From the NCBI RefSeq assembly GCF_004353825.1, contig NZ_SMNA01000006.1, positions 310,001-374,000 on the forward strand: a stretch of 64,000 nucleotides of DNA, read 5' to 3'. Under the pieces are notes generated by a model, which had not been told where the DNA came from, made no database searches, and saw nothing but the letters and a program-made list of their open reading frames with translations. How positions within the stretch are numbered: the first letter of the stretch is position 1; every line of letters begins with the position of its first letter. The position numbers and the translations under genes are program-made. Positions 39,380 through 48,951 of the stretch are shown here, in pieces. Source of the stretch: Occultella glacieicola. GTDB taxonomy: Bacteria > Actinomycetota > Actinomycetes > Actinomycetales > Beutenbergiaceae.

Positions 39380-40894
39380 ATGTTCACCCCGTCGAGTTCG
39401 CCGACCGCGGGCCCCGGGCCGGCCGACGCCGCCGGGGCCGACGGGCAGGTCCGGGCCGCCTGGTCCACCCGCCTGTTCGCCTGGCTGAACGACCCCGGGG
39501 AGCCGCTCTGGGAGCGACCCGGCCCCTCCCGGGACCAGCAGCGCCGCGACATCGTCGGCGCCCTCGCGTTCGTCCTGGTGGGCCTCGGCATGACGGTCGC
39601 GACGAAGTCGTTCGGCATGGTGAACGAGGCGGAGGCCACCTGGCGCGCGTTCGTCGCCGTTGCCGCGATGATCGCCCCGTTGGCCATCCGTAGGCGTTTT
39701 CCGCTGATCGCGCTGCTGATCTCGTCGGTGCTGTTCCTGACGCTCAGCTACCTCAGCCCCGAGGCCAGCGTCCAGGCCCCCTTCCAGGTGGCGTACTTCG
39801 CCACCCTCTATGCGGCCGTGGCGTGGGCGCGGGACCGGCGACTCCTCTGGATCTCCGTGGCGCTGGTGCTGCTCGAGATGGCGGCCTGGATCGTCATCTC
39901 GTTCACCATCTCCCGGGGCATGTTCGCGGAGTCCTTCGGGGACGGCGTCGGCCCGCTCGAACCGGTCGTCGCCTACGGGCTGTACACGGCCGTGCTGAAC
40001 CTTGCGTACTTCGGCGGCGCCATCCTCGTGGGCCGCAACTCCTGGCGGACCGCCCTGCACCGGTCCCGGCTCGCCGAGCAGGCGGAACGGATCCGGGCGC
40101 AGTCCGACGAGCTCGCCCGCCGCGCCGTCGTGGACGAGCGGCTGCGGATCGCCCGCGAACTGCACGACGTGGTGGCCCACCACATCTCGGTCATCGGGAT
40201 CCAGGCCGGCGCCGCTCGGCGGGTGCTGACCCGATCACCGCAGTCGGCCGAAGGGGCGATGCGCACCATCGAGGGCGCCAGCCGCGAAGCCGTGGGTGAG
40301 ATGCGGTCCCTGCTCGGGGTGCTGCGCAGCGAGACGGAGACCGGCCGCCCGGGTGACTCGGGTGACTCGCGCGCGCCCGAGCCCGGGCTCGCGGACCTGG
40401 ACGGGTTGGCCGAGCGGCACCGCCGTCGCGGTCTGCAGGTGACCCTGACCCGGGTGGAGGCCGCGCCGGGCGACCTGGACCGGGTGCCGCCGGCGCTCGG
40501 GCTGTCCGTGTACCGCTGCGTCCAGGAGTCCCTGACGAACGTGGCCCGGCACTCCACCGCGGGCTCCGCGTCTGTCACGCTCAGGACCGGGACCGCGGCG
40601 GCCGGGTCCGAAGTCGGCGATGGCGATGCCTCCGACGCGCCGGCCGGCCCGTTCGTGGAGGTCGAGGTGCTCGACGACGGACAGCCGCGTGGCGGTACGT
40701 CCGGGACCGGGTACGGTCTTCGCGGGGTGAGCGAACGGGTCTCGCTGCACGGCGGCCAGGCCGAGATCGGCCCACGCCGGACCGGCTCGGGCTGGCGGGT
40801 CCGGGCCCGCTTCCACCTCCGCGACGCCGGCCCGCACCCGAGGCCGGAACCAGGCACCGACACGAACACCGAGAGCGAGCTCAAGGCCCGATGA
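39380..40894 (+). CDS. Membrane sensor histidine kinase (HisKA_3 type)
   Basis: Several TM helices; ERLRIARELHDVVAH, QESLTNVARH, DDG, GYGLRG. Confidence 0.92.
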   Translation: MFTPSSSPTAGPGPADAAGADGQVRAAWSTRLFAWLNDPGEPLWERPGPSRDQQRRDIVGALAFVLVGLGMTVATKSFGMVNEAEATWRAFVAVAAMIAPLAIRRRFPLIALLISSVLFLTLSYLSPEASVQAPFQVAYFATLYAAVAWARDRRLLWISVALVLLEMAAWIVISFTISRGMFAESFGDGVGPLEPVVAYGLYTAVLNLAYFGGAILVGRNSWRTALHRSRLAEQAERIRAQSDELARRAVVDERLRIARELHDVVAHHISVIGIQAGAARRVLTRSPQSAEGAMRTIEGASREAVGEMRSLLGVLRSETETGRPGDSGDSRAPEPGLADLDGLAERHRRRGLQVTLTRVEAAPGDLDRVPPALGLSVYRCVQESLTNVARHSTAGSASVTLRTGTAAAGSEVGDGDASDAPAGPFVEVEVLDDGQPRGGTSGTGYGLRGVSERVSLHGGQAEIGPRRTGSGWRVRARFHLRDAGPHPRPEPGTDTNTESELKAR

Positions 40895-41646
40895 CCATCC
40901 GCGTCGCCATCGTCGACGACCAGGCCCTGGTCCGGTCCGGCTTCGCCATGGTGCTCTCGGTCGAGGACGACATCGAGGTGGTCGGCCAGGCGTCCGATGG
41001 CGCCCGGGCCGTCGAGCTGCTCGCCGCCACGCCTGCCGACGTGGTGCTGATGGACGTGCAGATGCCGGTACTGGACGGGATCGCCGCCACCGAGCGGATC
41101 GTCGCCGCCGGTGGTCCGAAGGTGATCATCCTCACCACGTTCGACCGGGAGGACTACCTGTTCGCGGCGCTGCGCGCGGGCGCGAGCGGGTTCCTGCTCA
41201 AGAACGCCGACCCGGACGACCTGGTCGCCGCGATCCGGGCCGTCGCCGACGGCCATGCCCTGCTGTCCCCGGAGGTCACCGTCAAGGTGATCGCGCGACT
41301 GGCCGCCGAACCGGCGCCGTCCGGCACCCCCGCCCGGACGACCGGGCCGACCGGCCCGACCGGCCCGAGCGAGGGCGGCTCGAGCGAGAACGGCGCACGC
41401 TGCCGGCAGGCGACCAGCACGACCGTGTCGGCCCACGCCGTCGAGAGTCTGACCGCGCGCGAGCGGGACGTGCTCGCCCTCCTCGCGGAGGGGCACTCGA
41501 ACGCGGAGATCGCGAGCGAGCTCTTCGTCGGGGAGTCCACCGTGAAGACCCACGTCTCCCACGTGCTCGCCAAGATCGGGGCCCGGGACCGGGTCCAGGC
41601 CGTCGTGTTCGCGCACCGGGCCGGCCTCGTCGGCCACCACGACTGA
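40891..41646 (+). CDS. NarL/LuxR-type response regulator
   Basis: VDDQ, LMDVQMP, LTTFD, LTARERDVL..G.SNAEIA. Confidence 0.93.
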   Translation: MTIRVAIVDDQALVRSGFAMVLSVEDDIEVVGQASDGARAVELLAATPADVVLMDVQMPVLDGIAATERIVAAGGPKVIILTTFDREDYLFAALRAGASGFLLKNADPDDLVAAIRAVADGHALLSPEVTVKVIARLAAEPAPSGTPARTTGPTGPTGPSEGGSSENGARCRQATSTTVSAHAVESLTARERDVLALLAEGHSNAEIASELFVGESTVKTHVSHVLAKIGARDRVQAVVFAHRAGLVGHHD

Positions 41647-41820
41647 CGACCCGGCGCAGCCGGTCTCCTCCCGACGACCCGGTCTCCCCCTCGCGGCGGA
41701 TCTTGACGGCTCCCCCGTGCGGCCGACGCGCCGTGGCATCCCCGTTTCCTAGGCTCGGACCAGGCCGGACGGCAGCGACCAGCGCCACGGCGAGGACCAG
41801 CTCGACAACGGGAGGACCAG

Positions 41821-42714
41821 ATGAGGCAGACAGACGCCACGCTGGAGGTGCGGGGACTGACCCGGCGCTTCGGCGAGAAGGTGGCGGTCGACGACGTGTC
41901 ATTCACCGTGGAACCGGGCCGGATGACCGGCTTCGTCGGCGCGAACGGTGCCGGCAAGACCTCGACCATGCGGATGATCATGGGCGTCCTGCAGATCCAC
42001 GGCGGCGACGTCATCTGGGACGGCCGGCCGATCACGCCCGCGGACCGCTCCCGGTTCGGGTACATGCCCGAGGAGCGGGGCCTGTACCCGAAGCAGGGCA
42101 TCCTCGACCAGCTCTGCTACCTGGGCCAGCTGCGCGGGATGAGCCGTGGCGATGCCGCGAAGGAGGCCACGCGGCTGCTGGAGCGGTTCGGGCTGGCCGA
42201 CCGGGTCAAGGACAAGCTCGAGTCGCTGTCCCTCGGGAACCAGCAGCGCGTCCAGATCACCGCGTCGCTCCTGCACGGACCGACCGCGCTGATCCTGGAC
42301 GAGCCGTTCTCCGGCCTGGACCCGGTGGCCGTGGACTCGATGGTCGACCTGCTCCGTGACCGCCTCCGCCAGGGTGTGCCGGTGTTGTTCTCCAGCCACC
42401 AGCTCGACCTCGTCGACCGGCTCTGCGACTCGCTCGTGGTCCTCTCCGACGGCAAGGTCATGGCCGCGGGCGACGCGAACGACCTCCGCAACGCCGGGCC
42501 GACGCGCTACCGCATCGTCACCGCACCGGACGCCGGCTGGCTCCGGGACGTCCCGGGCGTCACCGTCCTCGATGTCGACGGCCCGCGCGCCGTCCTCGAA
42601 CTGGCCGAGGGCACCCGCGAGCCCCTGCTCAAGCGCGCCGCGGACCGCGGCCTCACGGAGTTCGCGCCGATCGTCCCGTCCCTGTCCGAGATCTACCGCG
42701 AGGTGACCCGATGA
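41821..42714 (+). CDS. ABC exporter ATP-binding protein
   Basis: GANGAGKT, LSLGNQQ, LILDEP, SSH. Confidence 0.93.
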   Translation: MRQTDATLEVRGLTRRFGEKVAVDDVSFTVEPGRMTGFVGANGAGKTSTMRMIMGVLQIHGGDVIWDGRPITPADRSRFGYMPEERGLYPKQGILDQLCYLGQLRGMSRGDAAKEATRLLERFGLADRVKDKLESLSLGNQQRVQITASLLHGPTALILDEPFSGLDPVAVDSMVDLLRDRLRQGVPVLFSSHQLDLVDRLCDSLVVLSDGKVMAAGDANDLRNAGPTRYRIVTAPDAGWLRDVPGVTVLDVDGPRAVLELAEGTREPLLKRAADRGLTEFAPIVPSLSEIYREVTR

Positions 42715-43943
42715 CCGCCACCGACCGCTACCCGCAGACCCTGGCGCCGGCCCCGGACGGCCCGCCGGTGCCGCCGTCCCCCGTGCGTCACCCCTGGCTC
42801 GTGGTCACCACCCGCGAGATCATGGTGAAACTGACGGACAAGAGCTTCGTCATCTCCACCGTGGTGACGCTCGCGATGATCGCAGCCAGCGTCATCATCG
42901 GCTCCGTGGTCGGCAACCGCTCCTCCGACTTCACGGTCGGCACCAGCCAGGCCGAGGCGGCCGTGGTCGCCGAGGCCTCGACGGAGGTCGTCACCGAGGG
43001 CGGGGACACCCTCGAGCTCACCGAGTTCGACTCCGAGGACGCCCTGCGCACCGCGGTGCTGGACGGCGACGTGGACGCCGGCCTGGTCGCCGGCGACGAC
43101 GGCTGGGTGCTGCTCGGCGGCACCGAGGTGGACACCGATCTCGCGGCCGCGCTGACGACGGCCGTCAGCGAATCCGTCCTCGCGGCCAACGCCGAGGCCG
43201 CCGGCACCACCCTCGATGAGCTCACCGCAGGCTCGACGGTCACGACCGAGTACCTCGACCCCGATGCCGACCGGGGCGCCCTCGCGTTCGTCGTCGGCTT
43301 CGTCTTCGCGTTCCTGTTCTACATGGCCGCGATCGTCTTCGGGATGACCATCGCCAACTCCGTTCTTGAGGAGAAGCAGAACCGCGTCGTGGAGATCCTC
43401 GCGACCGCCATCCCGATCCGGCAGCTGCTCTACGGCAAGGTGCTCGGCAACTCGCTGCTGGCGTTCGCGCAGATCCTGCTCTACTGCGTGGTCGGCCTCA
43501 CCGCGGTCAACCTCACCGGCCTGGCGGGCGACATCGGCTGGATCCTCAGCGCGTCCGGCTGGTTCATCGCCTTCTTCGTGGTCGGCTTCACGGCGCTGGC
43601 CGCGGTCTGGGCCGTGCTCGGCTCGCTGGCCAGCCGCAGCGAGGACCTGCAGTCGAACACCGGACCGATCATCACCGTGATCATGGTGGCCCTGTTCGTG
43701 GGGCTGTTCGCCGAGGGCATCTGGCTCGACGTCGCGAGCTTCGTCCCGGTGGTCTCCTCGGTCGCGATGCCGATCCGGATGCTCGCCGGGGACGTCGCGC
43801 CCTGGCAGGGCATCGTCTCCCTGGCCCTGACCGCGGTCGCGGCGTACGGGCTGCTACGGCTCGGCGAACGCATCTACCAGCGTGCGGTGATGCAGGGCGG
43901 CACGGCCCTCACCTGGCGCCAGGCGCTCAAGCTCCAGGCCTGA
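42711..43943 (+). CDS. ABC-2 type permease (NatB-like)
   Basis: EEKQNRVVEIL, GKVLG, multiple TM helices. Confidence 0.88.
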   Translation: MTATDRYPQTLAPAPDGPPVPPSPVRHPWLVVTTREIMVKLTDKSFVISTVVTLAMIAASVIIGSVVGNRSSDFTVGTSQAEAAVVAEASTEVVTEGGDTLELTEFDSEDALRTAVLDGDVDAGLVAGDDGWVLLGGTEVDTDLAAALTTAVSESVLAANAEAAGTTLDELTAGSTVTTEYLDPDADRGALAFVVGFVFAFLFYMAAIVFGMTIANSVLEEKQNRVVEILATAIPIRQLLYGKVLGNSLLAFAQILLYCVVGLTAVNLTGLAGDIGWILSASGWFIAFFVVGFTALAAVWAVLGSLASRSEDLQSNTGPIITVIMVALFVGLFAEGIWLDVASFVPVVSSVAMPIRMLAGDVAPWQGIVSLALTAVAAYGLLRLGERIYQRAVMQGGTALTWRQALKLQA

Positions 43944-43964
43944 GCACTCGGCCCGACCGGCCCG

Positions 43965-44004
43965 CAACATACCCCTCGAAGAAATACCCTCGGGGGGTAT
44001 GTTG
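43965..44004. promoter_or_regulatory. CsoR/RicR-type copper operator
   Basis: ATACCCTCGGGGGGTAT (43984-44000) inside a larger CAACATACCCC...GGGGTATGTTG inverted repeat, just upstream of the Cu ATPase. Confidence 0.75.
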
Positions 44005-44009
44005 TTGCC

Positions 44010-46145
44010 ATGGGCATGGAGTCACAGACCGGTCACCACGAGCAGCACGGCCATGCGGGTCACGACCCGCACGAGGGCGACGACCCGCACGAGGGCCACG
44101 CTGGCCACGCGGGTCACGTCGCCCAGTTCCGCCGCCTGTTCTGGATCATGCTCGTCCTGGCGATCCCGACGGTCCTGTTCAGCGGCATGTTCGCGGACCT
44201 TCTCGGCTACACCCTGCCGGCGGGGACGGCCTGGGTCTCCCCCGTGCTCGGCACGGTCATCTTCGTCTGGGGCGGGCGTCCGTTCCTGGCCGGCGCCGTC
44301 GCCGAGCTCCGGTCCCGCCGGCCGGGCATGATGCTGCTCATCGGGATGGCGATCACGGTCGCGTTCGTCGCCTCGGTCGGGTCGGGCCTCGGGCTGTTCC
44401 CGGCCGGTCTGGACTTCTGGTGGGAGCTCGCCCTGCTCGTGGTGATCATGCTGCTCGGGCACTGGATCGAGATGCGCTCGCTCGCGCAGACCACCTCCGC
44501 ACTCGACTCCCTCGCCGCACTGCTGCCGGACCGGGCCGAACTGGTGGACGGCGACCGGATCACGGAGGTGGCGCCGGCGGACCTGGCGGTCGGTGACGTC
44601 GTGCTGGTCCGCCCCGGCGGCCGGGTCCCGGCCGACGGTGAGGTCGTCGACGGCTCCGCGCACGTCGACGAGTCGATGATCACCGGGGAGTCCGCGCCGG
44701 TGCGTCGTGACGCGGGTACCCGGGTGGTCGCCGGCACCGTGGCCACGGATTCCGCGATCCGGGTCCGGGTGGCCGCCGTGGGCGAGGACACCGCCCTCGC
44801 CGGGATCGGACGCCTCGTGGAGGAGGCGCGCTCGAGCACCTCCCGTGCCCAGCTGCTGGCCGACCGGGCCGCGGCGGCCCTGTTCTGGTTCGCGCTCGGC
44901 GCCGGCGTGCTCACCCTGGTCGCCTGGCTCGTCCTGGGGACCCCGGAGGACGCACTGATCCGTGTGATCACGGTGCTCGTGATCGCCTGCCCGCACGCAC
45001 TCGGGCTGGCCATCCCGCTGGTCGTCTCGATCGCCACCGAGCGCGCGGCCCGGGCCGGGATCCTGGTCAAGGACCGGATGGCGCTGGAGCGCATGCGAAC
45101 GGTGGACACGGTGCTCTTCGACAAGACCGGCACCCTGACCAAGGGAACCCCCGCCCTGCTTTCGGTGACGGCCGCCGTCGGGCCGGACGCCGACGAGGCG
45201 CTGCGGTACGCAGCCGCCGCCGAGGCGGCGAGCGAGCACCCGCTGGCCCGCGCGATCGTCAGCGCGGCGGCGGAGCGGGGCCTGACGGTGCCCGTCGCCA
45301 CCGACTTCCGGGCGGTGCCGGGTCAGGGCGTGCGGGCCACGGTGCCCGACGGCGCAGGTTCACCCCACGAGGTCGCGGTCGGTGGTCCCGGGCTGCTCGA
45401 GACGACAGGGCGGGCGCCGCTGGACGAGGCCGCCTGGCTGGCCGAGCAGGCCGGGGCCGGCCGGACCGTCCTGCACGTGCTGGTCGACGCCGAACCGGTC
45501 GCCGCGCTGGCCCTGGCCGACGAGATCCGGCCGGAGTCCCGTGAGGCGGTTGCGGCTCTGGGCGCACGTGGCATCGACGTCGTGATGATCACCGGTGACG
45601 CCGAGCCGGTGGCCCGCGCGGTGGCCGCCGAGCTCGGCATCACCGAGGTCTTCGCCGGCGTCCACCCAGAGCACAAGAGCGCGAAGGTCCGTGCCCTGCA
45701 GGACCGCGGCGCCGTGGTGGCGATGGTCGGCGACGGAGTGAACGACGCACCGGCGCTGGCCCAGGCCGACGTCGGCATCGCGATCGGCGCCGGGACCGAT
45801 GTCGCGATCGCGTCGGCGGGAGTGATCCTGGCCTCGGACGACCCGCGGGCCGTGCTCTCGATCATCGAGCTGTCCCGGGCCGCGTACCGGAAGATGAAGC
45901 AGAACCTGTGGTGGGCCGCGGGCTACAACCTGGTCGCGGTGCCGCTCGCGGCCGGGGTACTCGCTCCGGTCGGGTTCGTCATGCCGATGGCGGCGGGTGC
46001 GCTGATGATGTCCGCCTCGACAGTCGTGGTGGCCCTGAACGCCCAGCTGCTGCGGCGGCTGGACCTGCGTCCGGACCGGCTGGGCAGGGTGGGCACTATG
46101 ACTGCTCCGGCCCCGCCGGTCCGGGCGCCGGTCACGTCACGTTGA
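44010..46145 (+). CDS. copB: Heavy-metal P1B-3 type ATPase (CopB-like copper exporter)
   Basis: His-rich N-terminus, TGES, CPH, DKTGT, HP, GDGVNDAP, GYN, MSAST. Confidence 0.88.
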   Translation: MGMESQTGHHEQHGHAGHDPHEGDDPHEGHAGHAGHVAQFRRLFWIMLVLAIPTVLFSGMFADLLGYTLPAGTAWVSPVLGTVIFVWGGRPFLAGAVAELRSRRPGMMLLIGMAITVAFVASVGSGLGLFPAGLDFWWELALLVVIMLLGHWIEMRSLAQTTSALDSLAALLPDRAELVDGDRITEVAPADLAVGDVVLVRPGGRVPADGEVVDGSAHVDESMITGESAPVRRDAGTRVVAGTVATDSAIRVRVAAVGEDTALAGIGRLVEEARSSTSRAQLLADRAAAALFWFALGAGVLTLVAWLVLGTPEDALIRVITVLVIACPHALGLAIPLVVSIATERAARAGILVKDRMALERMRTVDTVLFDKTGTLTKGTPALLSVTAAVGPDADEALRYAAAAEAASEHPLARAIVSAAAERGLTVPVATDFRAVPGQGVRATVPDGAGSPHEVAVGGPGLLETTGRAPLDEAAWLAEQAGAGRTVLHVLVDAEPVAALALADEIRPESREAVAALGARGIDVVMITGDAEPVARAVAAELGITEVFAGVHPEHKSAKVRALQDRGAVVAMVGDGVNDAPALAQADVGIAIGAGTDVAIASAGVILASDDPRAVLSIIELSRAAYRKMKQNLWWAAGYNLVAVPLAAGVLAPVGFVMPMAAGALMMSASTVVVALNAQLLRRLDLRPDRLGRVGTMTAPAPPVRAPVTSR

Positions 46146-47400
46146 CGGAGATGACGGCCGCGCCGGCGCCATCGGCGTACTCCGACATCATCAGGATGTA
46201 CACACCCGGGTCCACGGCCTCCTCGAGGTAGGGGTCGTAGGAGTCGCCCCCGACCTGCGCGGCGATGTCGGCACCGCGGTCGTCGTTCGAGATCCAGCCG
46301 CCCAGCGGGCTGATCACCGTCATCAGCAGGTCCGCGCCGTTCGTGGTCCGGGCGTCGATGGTCAGCGAACCGGCGGCATCGACGACGACGTAGTTCATCC
46401 AGACGTTCCCGGCCTCCATCGAGATGTCGACGTCCACGTCCTGCGGCAGCTCCGGGATCGCGGTGAGGTCCTCGGCCAGCACCTGGAACGAGGCGGCGGC
46501 GCCCGCGTACTCGGTGATCACGACCGCGTACTGACCCGCGTCGAGGTAGATCGGCAGCAGCGGGTTCAGGGAGTTGGGCTGGAGGCCGTCGCCACCCTGC
46601 GGAACGTCGTCGATGAACGAGATCGCGTTCAGTTCCTCGTCGAAGACGGTCAGCTGGAGGTCCTCGCCGCCGTCCGCGACGCCGTGCAGCAGGTAGACGC
46701 CCGGGGTACTGACCGGGAGCAGGGCACCCCAGCTCCCGTCGGCCGGGAACGAACCCGTGGCCGCCGTGCCGATGGTCAGGGTCTGGACCATCTCCGGCAT
46801 GTCGCCGGTCGGGGCATCGGTGGGACCGACGACCGGGTCGGTCGTGGGGGGATCGGCGACCTCGGTGGGCCCGTCGGTCGGTCCCGGCGTGGGCCCCGCG
46901 GTCGGTGCCGGGTCGTCCGGGTTGAGGGCGCGGTACCCGAAGAAGCCTGCAACCCCGAGCACGAGGACCACGACGGCGACGATCGCCACGATCAGCCCGG
47001 TGTTGTTCTTCCGCGGGCCGCCGGGGGTCCCGTAGCCACCGCCGTATCCGGCGCCGGGCTGTCCGTAGCCCCCGGAAGCGGCCGGCTGGCCGTAGGGTCC
47101 CGGGACGGCCGGCTGCCCGTAGGGCCCAGCGGCGCCGGGCTGGGCTGCCGGCGGCACACCCGGGGCGCTCCCTTGGCCGTACCCGCCGGACGGGACGGCA
47201 GGGGCCGGGGTCGACGGGGCGGCAGGTGCCGCGGGGGCGCCGGTCGCGACGCCGTAGGCACCGACGGCCGGGGTGGCGGCGGTCGCCGCATCGGCCGCGC
47301 CCGGCTTGGGCGCGTAGTTCTCGGTCCAGGCGGAACCGTCCCAGTACCGGAGCCGGTCCTGCCCCTCCGGATCGGGGAACCAGCCAGCAGTTGCACTCAC
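46132..47400 (-). CDS. DUF2510-domain single-pass membrane protein with tandem extracellular beta domains
   Basis: AGWFPDP..RLRYWDG.AWT; G/P/Y-rich linker; TM helix; PT linker; two DD-containing repeats. Confidence 0.8.
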   Translation of the reverse strand: MSATAGWFPDPEGQDRLRYWDGSAWTENYAPKPGAADAATAATPAVGAYGVATGAPAAPAAPSTPAPAVPSGGYGQGSAPGVPPAAQPGAAGPYGQPAVPGPYGQPAASGGYGQPGAGYGGGYGTPGGPRKNNTGLIVAIVAVVVLVLGVAGFFGYRALNPDDPAPTAGPTPGPTDGPTEVADPPTTDPVVGPTDAPTGDMPEMVQTLTIGTAATGSFPADGSWGALLPVSTPGVYLLHGVADGGEDLQLTVFDEELNAISFIDDVPQGGDGLQPNSLNPLLPIYLDAGQYAVVITEYAGAAASFQVLAEDLTAIPELPQDVDVDISMEAGNVWMNYVVVDAAGSLTIDARTTNGADLLMTVISPLGGWISNDDRGADIAAQVGGDSYDPYLEEAVDPGVYILMMSEYADGAGAAVISVNVT

Positions 47401-47589
47401 AGCGAACCTCCAAAGCGATGGGCCCGGAACGGGCACCGATGAGATTGGGCTACGACGGGAGGCCGGGCCGCAGCCCAAGACATCTGGAGTGTAAGGTTCG
47501 CGAATCGCCGCCGTCCGGCGATCGAGGAGCGAGATTTCGGGGAGCTCTGGATCGTCGACGGGATGCGCGCCGACCGTGCCGGCGGGTCG

Positions 47590-48822
47590 TCAGTCCACCG
47601 TGATCGAGATGCTCGCCGAGGACGCCGCTCCGGACCAGTCGGAGACCATCACGAGGTACACCCCGGGTTCGACCGCGAACGTGAGGTAGGGGTCGTACTG
47701 GCCGCCACCGAACTCGGCCGCCGTGTCCACGCCCCGGTCGTCGGCGCCCTCCTCGGCCCCGTCCGGGTGGACCACCGTGAGGACCGGGTCGGCGTCGGTC
47801 GTGCTGCGGACGTCGATGGTGACCATGCCCTGCGCCGCCACCGGGACGTAGCCCAACCAGAGGTTGTCCGCGGGAACGTCGATCGTGTACGTGCCGTCGG
47901 TCGGGACCTCGGTGACGACGTCCAGGAAGTCGGCGGTCAGGTCGAAGCCGGTCTCGGCACCGTAGTACTCCGCGACACGAACCGTGTAGTCACCGGGCTC
48001 CAGGTACCGGCCCAGCAGGGCATCGCGATTGTTGGACACCAGGAGGTCCGCGTCGCCGGGCGCGTCGTCGTTGAACGCGATCTCCCGGCCGCTCGCGTCG
48101 AGCAGGGTGAGCGTGAGGTCGAAGCCGTCCGGGGCATGTCCGATGAAGGCATAGACCCCGGGATCCGTCACGGAGACGACGCCGTCCCACGTGCCGTCGG
48201 CCGGGAGCACCCCGCTGGACGTGGCGCCCAGGCCCACCGAGTCGGGCGCACCCTGCGTGGGCGGCGAGGTCGGTGACGGGGTGGTCGTCGGGGTCGGCGC
48301 GGCGGTCGGCCCGCTCGTCACCGGCGGCGCGGCCGTCGGGCCCGCCGTGGGACCGGGGTCGCCGCCGCCGGTGAGCGCCCGGACCCCGAAGAAGGCGGCG
48401 ACGGCGATCACGAGCACCGCGACCGCGGCGACCGCGATGATGACCGGGGTCTGGTTGCCGCTGCGCGGTGGCGCGCCGGCGGGCCCGTAGTAGCCGGGGC
48501 CACCGGGCTGCGCACCCGAGGCGGCCCCGCCGAAGGCGCTGGCGCTGCCGTACGCACTCGTGGTGTCGCTGGCGTAGGCGGCCGGCGCCGCCGCGTAGCC
48601 GGACAGCGCCCCACCGGCCCCCTGCCCGGACGGGCCACCCGCGTTGTGCCCGTACGGCTCGGTCACACCGCTCTGCCCGTACCCGGGGGCCGAACTCGGC
48701 TGCCCGTACCCGCTCGGCTGCGGTCCGTTCGGGGCAACCTGATCCGACCAGGTCGCGCCGTTCCAGTACCGAAGCTGGTCGGCGCCGCTCGGGTCGGGGA
48801 ACCAACCGGCTGGAGTCGTCAC
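47590..48822 (-). CDS. DUF2510-domain single-pass membrane protein (paralog of the neighbour)
   Basis: AGWFPDP..LRYWNG.TWS; same architecture; shared DDRG..YDPYL..V.PGVY motif. Confidence 0.8.
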   Translation of the reverse strand: MTTPAGWFPDPSGADQLRYWNGATWSDQVAPNGPQPSGYGQPSSAPGYGQSGVTEPYGHNAGGPSGQGAGGALSGYAAAPAAYASDTTSAYGSASAFGGAASGAQPGGPGYYGPAGAPPRSGNQTPVIIAVAAVAVLVIAVAAFFGVRALTGGGDPGPTAGPTAAPPVTSGPTAAPTPTTTPSPTSPPTQGAPDSVGLGATSSGVLPADGTWDGVVSVTDPGVYAFIGHAPDGFDLTLTLLDASGREIAFNDDAPGDADLLVSNNRDALLGRYLEPGDYTVRVAEYYGAETGFDLTADFLDVVTEVPTDGTYTIDVPADNLWLGYVPVAAQGMVTIDVRSTTDADPVLTVVHPDGAEEGADDRGVDTAAEFGGGQYDPYLTFAVEPGVYLVMVSDWSGAASSASISITVD

Positions 48823-48951
48823 GGGGGGCCTCTCAGGTCGTCGGGGCCGGCGCCTGGGCGCCGCCGGCCGGATCGGAATCTCCGCGATCATATGGTCCGG
48901 ACCCGGGACACCGACGAGGCGTCCACGGGCAGAACTGCCCGCGGTCGAGCC

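Noticed and set aside
46132..46145. Functional antisense overlap of copB and the DUF2510 gene
   Set aside because: A 14-bp tail-to-tail overlap is common in compact high-GC genomes
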